Under the pieces are notes generated by a model that saw only the letters and a program-made list of their open reading frames with translations, did no database searches and was not told the DNA's origin. 64,000 nt of DNA from an uncultured Eubacteriales bacterium (GTDB lineage Bacteria > Actinomycetota > Coriobacteriia > Anaerosomatales > JAAXUF01): positions 16,341 through 80,340 of the forward strand of contig CAZXWK010000006.1 of NCBI GenBank assembly GCA_964644675.1, in the 5' to 3' direction. How positions within the stretch are numbered: position 1 is the first letter of the stretch; the number at the start of each line of letters is the position of its first letter. Positions 9,966 to 17,300 of this stretch are shown in pieces. A program made the translations under genes and the position numbers.

Positions 9966-11195
9966 CTACTCGGTCTTCTCGATACGGATGTCGACGGGTG
10001 TCCCGGGGGGCGCCCAACCACCGCCGTCCAGCGTGATCACGACGCGCACGGCCTTGGTCATGTGCACGATGTCGGTGGGGAAGCTCGTGGGCGGGAAGAC
10101 CGCGCGATCTCCGATGGAGGTCACGGTTCCCGTCAGTGGTTCGCCCGCGTTCGAGTCGTAGTCGACGATCGCCTTCGCGCCCGGCGCGACGGCGAGCAGC
10201 TGCTCGCCGGTCAGGTACGTCTCGACCTGCGTCGCGGCGTCGGGCCTGATGCGCACCACCGGCGCGTTCACCATCGCGACGGTGCCGGCGGCGCGAGCCT
10301 CGGTGACGGTCCCGGTCGCCGGGGCGATGATGGTCGCCTGCGAGCGACGGTACTCCGCGACGTCGACGAGGATGTCCTGTCCGTCAGCGAGGATCGACAG
10401 CGTCTCGCGCGCGTTGGTGACCTGGGTGCGCGCGTCTCGGAGCGCCGACGCGCCCTGCGAGATTTTGGCCCTTCCCGAGTCGAGCTTGACCTGGGCGGTC
10501 GCAAGCTTCTTCTCGCCGGCCTCGACCTTGGCGAGGGTCGCCTTGAGCTGGGCGAGCTTCTGCGCGAGCGGCGGCGGCGGCCACGGTCCCGGCGGGTGCG
10601 GTCCCGCGATCGTTGCCTCGAGTGCCTTGATGCCCGCCTTGAGCTGGGACTTCCCAGTCGCGATTTCCTTCTTGGCGGCGTCGATCTTCTTCTGGGCGGT
10701 CGCCAGCTGGCTTCGCGCGTCGGCCAGCTTGCCCTGGTTGTCGGCGATTGTCCCGAGGTTGTCCTTCATCACGGACACCTGCGCATGGGCGCGCGCCGAC
10801 GAAGCTTTCGCGGCGGCCACTCCCAGATCCAGCACCGTCGTGTCGAGCTGCGCGATCGGAGTGCCGGAAGCGACGTGGTCACCAGTCTTCACGTAGACCG
10901 CGTCCAGCGATCCCGAGATGGTCGGCTGCATCGACGGCATCGCCGACGCGCCACGCCTCTGGCCGGCGGTGTTCGCGCTCATGCTCGCCGTGGGGGAGCT
11001 CGGAATCCCCGCCGCGACGTCGGGCGTGGGATAGGCGATCGCGGGCGCCTGAACCGTTCGCACGGTGCTGACGACGTTCCCCGAAACCCGGATCGCGTCC
11101 GTCGGACCGCTGGCGGCGTGACCGAACCACCACCACGCGCTGGCTGCCGCGGCAGCCACGAGTGCGATGCCGATGACGATCGGGAGCCGCTTCAC
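9966..11195 (-). CDS. HlyD family membrane fusion protein with long coiled coil
   Basis: N-terminal anchor, VKTGDHVASGTPIAQLD, coiled coil, IIAPATGTV, AVFPPTSFPTD, PPGTPVDI. Confidence 0.82.
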   Translation of the reverse strand: MKRLPIVIGIALVAAAAASAWWWFGHAASGPTDAIRVSGNVVSTVRTVQAPAIAYPTPDVAAGIPSSPTASMSANTAGQRRGASAMPSMQPTISGSLDAVYVKTGDHVASGTPIAQLDTTVLDLGVAAAKASSARAHAQVSVMKDNLGTIADNQGKLADARSQLATAQKKIDAAKKEIATGKSQLKAGIKALEATIAGPHPPGPWPPPPLAQKLAQLKATLAKVEAGEKKLATAQVKLDSGRAKISQGASALRDARTQVTNARETLSILADGQDILVDVAEYRRSQATIIAPATGTVTEARAAGTVAMVNAPVVRIRPDAATQVETYLTGEQLLAVAPGAKAIVDYDSNAGEPLTGTVTSIGDRAVFPPTSFPTDIVHMTKAVRVVITLDGGGWAPPGTPVDIRIEKTE

Positions 11196-11265
11196 GTTCT
11201 CTCCCTGCCTGCGAACCTGTTTCGGGCACTCGGCGGGCGGTGCCCGGGCGAGGTCCCTACACGAT

Positions 11266-11281
11266 GTGAGTTATCGCTCAC
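11266..11281. promoter_or_regulatory. Palindromic operator GTGAG-N6-CTCAC, probable site for the operon's TetR
   Basis: GTGAGTTATCGCTCAC lies immediately downstream of the minus-strand -10 element. Confidence 0.6.
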
Positions 11282-11282
11282 T

Positions 11283-11311
11283 AACATAGCGACCGGGCCC
11301 GCGCTCCGCAA
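11283..11311 (-). promoter_or_regulatory. Sigma70-type promoter of the HlyD/ABC operon
   Basis: Minus strand TTGCGG-N17-TATGTT. Confidence 0.6.
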
Positions 11312-11346
11312 CCCCGCAACCAGGGCCGTTTTGACTCGCGGCTAGG

Positions 11347-11379
11347 CCCACAAGCTGGTACGATGGTGAAGCTTGTGGG
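11347..11379. promoter_or_regulatory. 10-bp perfect inverted repeat enclosing a putative -10 of the cytochrome gene
   Basis: CCCACAAGCT-N13-AGCTTGTGGG. The spacer contains GGTACGAT (11357-11364). Confidence 0.5.
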
Positions 11380-14300
11380 GCATTAGGACAGGGGGTCCGC
11401 TGAACGCCCGCAATTCAGCAATCGGGGGGCCTGGGACCCTCCCGACAGTCAGCCGTCTCTCGGCGTTGTTCGAGGGGCGTCTTTCGCGTTACCCCGTTCC
11501 GTCCTCGATTCCTGCGTTTGTCGCGCTGACCAGCGCTTTCGTGACCTTCGTGCTTCTCGCGTGCGCTCTAGCGGCGACGCCCGCGTTCGCGGCTAACCCG
11601 CACACCGGGCTCTCACCGTCGACGGACCAGTGCAAGAGCTGCCACGCCGGCCACGGCTCTCCGAGTTCGTCGTCACTTCTGACCGAGAGCGATCAGAAGG
11701 CCCTCTGCTACGTCTGTCACGACGGCACCCAGAGCGCCTACAACGTCCAACAGGAGTTCGGCGACCGCGCTGATGGCTCGTCGTCCAAGGCCTCGCGGCA
11801 TCCGGTCAGCCCGGGTCAGCTCGAGTGCAGCGGCTGTCACACGCCGCACCGCGGTCCTCTCGAGGGCAACCCGATGTCGCTGGCAGCGGGCGCGTCCGAC
11901 GAGACGACCGGCAACGCCGTGTGTGGCTCATGCCACGGTGCGGGCTCGTCACTTCCGCAGGGCGACATGATGACCAACTACGTGGGCACCGCGCACGATA
12001 CGTCGATGTCCGCCTCCGAGACGGGCGGCTCGAGCATCAAGTGCCTCGCGTGCCACGAGCCCCACGGTTCGGACAACACGGCACTGATCGCCACGACCGT
12101 CCGGAGTCTCAGCGGTGAGACCCGCACCGTCTCCGTCAACGCGAGCACGGGCAGCACGCCTCTGTGCGTGGGGTGCCACGACACCAGCGACGGCACCTTC
12201 GGCGGCGGAGCAGCCTATATGGGCACGCCGCACTCCAGCGCGACGACCTCGACGGTGGCGTCGGTCAACTTCCCTGGAACGACCGGGGACCCGGGAGATT
12301 GCGACAACTGCCACTCGCCGCACGGAACCGGCAAGCCCCACATGGCGCGGGCGGCCGGCGACGACCTGTGCTACGGCTGTCACGACGCGGCCGGGACCAC
12401 CAAGCCCGCCGGCTACTCGTACCAGGGCAAGTCCGCGTACCAGGGTTCCGGGCACGCGACCATGAACGCCGGCGATATCCCGCAGGTCGTGTCGCTGACC
12501 GCCTCGAGCACCGACTTCCAGGCCTTCGAGTCCACGCAGGCTCCCACACCGTCCTCGCCCGGCACGCCCATGACCGCCGAGAAGACCCAGCGGCTCGTCT
12601 CGGTCGACTCGAGCTACGCGGTCACGTCTCTCGCCACGGCCACCGGGCAGCACGACTACCAGGTCTATCGGTTCAAGGTGCCGGCAGACGTCGCCGACAC
12701 CCAGTGGCTCAACCTGAGCTGGGCGGGGTATGGCGAGGAACTCGCCGGCTACGAGACCTCGGTCTCGGTGTGGTCCAAGTCCGCGAACGGCGGGTCCGGC
12801 GGCTGGAGTCGGATCTCAAACGGGCTGATGGCGGACCGCACCGCCGTCACCGCCAAGCTGGCCAACGCGCCGGACCTGATCGACGCGAACGGCTATGTCT
12901 GGGTGATGGGCGACGCCAAGAACGTCCGGCAGTCGACGATCGTAGGAACGCCGTCGGTGTCGTTCCCGACTTCGACCACCGCGCAGATCACGTGGACCAC
13001 CGAGGGATACGCGAGCAGCTGGGTGGATTACGGCATCACCTCGTCGTACGGCAGTACGGTCGGCACCAACACCCGTACCGTCAGCCACTCGGTGACGGTG
13101 CCGATCACCGCCGGCGGCAAGTACCGCTTCCAGGTTCGGGGCACCGCGCGCGATGGCGACAGCAGCTCCAGCGGTGAGCTGGGCTTCTCGGCGTCCGTCG
13201 TCACTCTGGTCCCGGCGCCCGACCTGTCGGGCACCCAGACGACGTTCTCCCAGACGTTCAATTGGGCGCACAACGACCCGGCGGGCGAGCCCTACACGTA
13301 CGACATCCGAATCCGGACGGCGTACTACCCCTACGACCAGACCCTCACCGGCCTCACGGCATCGACCCTGACCACCGACGTCTTCTGCTACGGCTCGAGC
13401 TACGCCATCTACGACTGGCAGGTTCGCGGCCGCGACAAGGACGGCTACTACACGCCGTGGTCGGCGATCGACCAGTTCACGGTCCGAGACCTCACGCCCA
13501 ACCCCGGCGGCTCGTGTCCCTTCCTGTTCGTCTGGAACGGATTCGGCTACGGCTTCGAAGCCGACATCAACACCGCCGGCATGATCGGCAGCAAGAACAC
13601 CTCGGGCTACATCAAGCCCGACCCCAAGGACCGCTACATCCTGACCAACCCGCCCGCCGAGACACTGGGCGGCTACGAGTTCCGCATGGTCGAGGAGCGC
13701 AACGAGATCGACTACACCGACGAGCTCAAGCTCTACACGGTGGACCTGCCCGAAGGCGTCGAGCTCGTCGCCGAGAAGGGCGAGCGCGGCGGCACGAGCC
13801 CGGCATTCCCGGGCGGCCTGCACACGGTGCAGAACCTGCGTGCGCCGGTCTCGGTGTACCGGACCGACACGGGCGAAGATGTCACTGACGCCATCGCGCT
13901 GACCGACGAGCAGCGCGTCCAGCTCAACGAGGACGCGAACATCGGCTTCGACTACAAGACGCTCGAAATCGACCTGGGTGACGTCTCGGGCGCACCTCAG
14001 GTGAAGATCGTCATGAATGCGCAGTCACTCAGGCCGTTCACGCCCGAGGGCCTCGCCCGCCAGCGTTCCTTCGGCGCGGGCACCAAGCTCGAGGTACAGC
14101 GCACCGACGGTACCTGGGAGCTGGTACCGACGAGCGAAGCGACGCTTCCCAATGCCATGGAGTTCGGGCGTACGTACGCGTTCGACATCACCAAGGCGAT
14201 GCACGACACCACGGGCAAGGTGCGTTTCACGTACCTGTTCAAGACGTACATCGACATGATCGGCGTGGACACGTCGCTCGACATCCCGGTCTATCCGGTC

Positions 14301-17300
14301 GAGGTTCCGATGACTTCGGCGTCTCTCGGCAGCCACGGTGTCGACTCCCGGTCGAACAGCACCGACATCTACAAGTACGTGTACGGCACGCAGACCGGCG
14401 AAGGTTCGCTCTTCCCTGGTGCCTACACGCGGTACGGAGACGTCACGCCGCTTCTGCAGTCCACCGATGACAAGTTCGTGGTGTACGGGCAGGGCGACGA
14501 GCTCACGCTGAGGTTCCTCAAGGCGTCAGAGCCGGCACCGGGCACTCGGCGAAGCTTCGTCGTCTATGTCGACGGCTACTACAAGAGCATGAAGTCGGCA
14601 GTGGAGCATGCGGTCGACCCCATGCCGTTCGCGGCGATGTCGAACTTCCCGTACGGCGCCGACGAGCACTACCCGGATGACGCAGACCACGTCGCCTACC
14701 AGCAGGAGTACAACACGCGTCTCGTCGAGGCCACGACTTCGGCAGCGCCGCCACTCGTGGCCACGGCCGAGAGCGCGTCGACGCTGCATCGCTCCCTCAA
14801 TGTCGACTTCGTCTCCGTCGACGTCGGCATACGCATCTCCGCGTCTGAGGGGGGCACCGGCTGTACGGTGTGTCACGCGGTCCACGGCGGCGGCGCCAAG
14901 AACGCTGACGGCACCGAGACCACCGGCACACTGGTCGCGCCCGAGCCTCAGCTGTGCACCGGCTTCGGATCTGGTGGCTGCCACGACAACGCGACGCGCA
15001 CCGCCGCCGGCGTCAACGTCAACGAGCGGATCACCGCGAGCGGCAACAATCTGACGCACCACGATCTGACCGAGTTCGCACAGGCCCAGACGGGCGCGCG
15101 GATCACGTGCACCAACTGCCACGACCCGCACACCAACAACGCCCTCTCACCCAGCTCGAATCCGGATGCAATCACGGCAAGCCTGCCGACGTCGATGGGT
15201 CCGTACCTGGACGCAAATGGTGCGACCTACCTGCTGGTGGGCGCGATGCACGATGCGACCGCACCGACCATCACCTCCGGGCCCACGATAGCGGGCGCCG
15301 GCAGCGGGTCGACCGTGCTTACTCCGACGGTGACGTGGACCACCAACGAGCCCAGCACCTCCTGGATCGACTTCGGCGTTTCGAGCGGCGTCTACATGAT
15401 GTCGTTTGGCAACAACGCTCTCGTCACCTCGCACACCGCGACGGCGACGGGGCTCGAGGTCGACACCACCTACTACTGGCGCGCACGCACTGTCGACGCG
15501 CTCGGCAACGTGCGCACCAGCGCAGAGGCGACCTACAGCACGACCATGCCGGCAGGGTCGATCACTTCGGGACCCACGCTGAGCGGGAACGGGTGGTCGA
15601 ACTACCAGACTCCTTCGGTCACGTGGACGACGAGCGACCAGTTCAGCACGATCCTCGAGTGGGGCACTTCGAGCGGTTCGTACACCTCGGACTACTCGGC
15701 GTCGGCGATGACCACCGCGCACGCCGCCGCTATGAGCGGCCTGACCACCGACACGGTCTACTACTGGCGCGTTCGGGGCGTCGACGCCATCGGGCGCTCG
15801 GTCACGTCGGCTGAGGCGACCTACCAGGCATCTCCGCCGGCGCAACCTGTGATTCTGACCGGGCCGATCATCAGCGGTCCGACGTGGTCGACGTTCACCT
15901 CGCCGACCGTCGCGTGGACCACCTCGGGCCTCACAACCTCGTGGCTTCAGTACGGAACGTCGAGCGGCAGCTACACGTCGTCGGTCGGGACCAACACGCT
16001 TTCGACCACGCATTCGGTGACTGCGAGCAGCCTGACGTCCGGCACCGTCTACTACATGCGGGTCTTCGGCCTTGACCCCGTGAACAGGCTGGTCGTCTCG
16101 AACGAGTTCACGTACACGCCCACGACGCCGGCCGCGCCGATCATCACGGCGGGCCCGACGATCGACGGATCGACGTACGCGAAGTCCTCGAGCCCTGTCA
16201 TCACGTGGACCACCGGGGACATCGCCTCGACCTGGGTCGACTGGGGGACCTCTCCCGGCGTCTACACCTCCAACGTCAACGTTGCGGGTAACACCACGGG
16301 CCACACGGTCACGCTCTCGGGGATGACATACGGCACGACGTACTACTGGCGCGCGCGCAGCGTGGATCCGGATGGGCGCATCGTGACGTCCGGCGAGTCC
16401 GCCTACACACCGGTTGCCTACCCGAGCCCGTCTGTCGCCTCGGTCGCGCCCAACCCCGCGTACTACGACTCGAGCATCCAGGCGGGTGCGGCGGTCAGCG
16501 CGTCCTGTACCGTCTCGACGATCGCCAATTCGAACTCGCTCGAGTATCGGCTCTTGCTCGACAACGTGGCGTACGGGTCGTGGCAGTCGTCCACCGAGTG
16601 GACGCTGCCGACCGTCGGCGTCGGCACGCACGGTCTCAAGGTCGCGGTCCGTGACGCCGCCACGCCCAGTAGCGTGACGACCGGCACGACCGAAACCTAC
16701 TTCGACGTGGTCGACACGTGGGTGGGCTGGGGGTCGTGCCCCTTCGTGTACACGTGGGACGGCAGCAGCTACCGATTCGAGGCCGACACGCTCACGGCGG
16801 CCCGTATCGGCGGCCCCACCGCAACCGGTTTCCAGCAGCCCAACCCCAACGACGCCTACGTGGTCAAGACGGTTCCGGCGGTCGAGGACGGCACCATCAA
16901 CTTCCGGCTCGTCGAGGAGCGCAAGGAAGTCGACTATCTCGACACCTACAAGCTCTTCGCGGTCGACGCACCCGCGAGCCTCCAAGTCTTCGCCGAGAAG
17001 GCCGTCGCCGGCGTCCGCACCTTCCCGCCGCTCGGCTCGGCCCTGCACACCGTTCGCGCACTCCGGGCGCCCGTCTCGGCGGTTCGGACCGACACGGGCG
17101 AGGACGTGCTGGCGGCGATCTCGACAGACGACGGAGACAGGATCGCGCTGAACGAGAGCGCCGAGACGTCGTTCACCTACAAGACGATCGAGCTCGACCT
17201 CGGTGACCAGGTCGCGACGGCGCCGCAGGTCAAGGTAGTCATGAACGCACTCTCCGAGTTCCCGGTCACCCCTGAGGGCATCGAGCGTCGCTTCACCTTC

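Noticed and set aside
11385-11465. c-di-GMP-I/GEMM or c-di-AMP riboswitch before the cytochrome
   Set aside because: Core motifs (GGCAAAC...GAAA...GGACGCAAAGC, or GUCAGCUAAC) are missing; only scattered fragments match.
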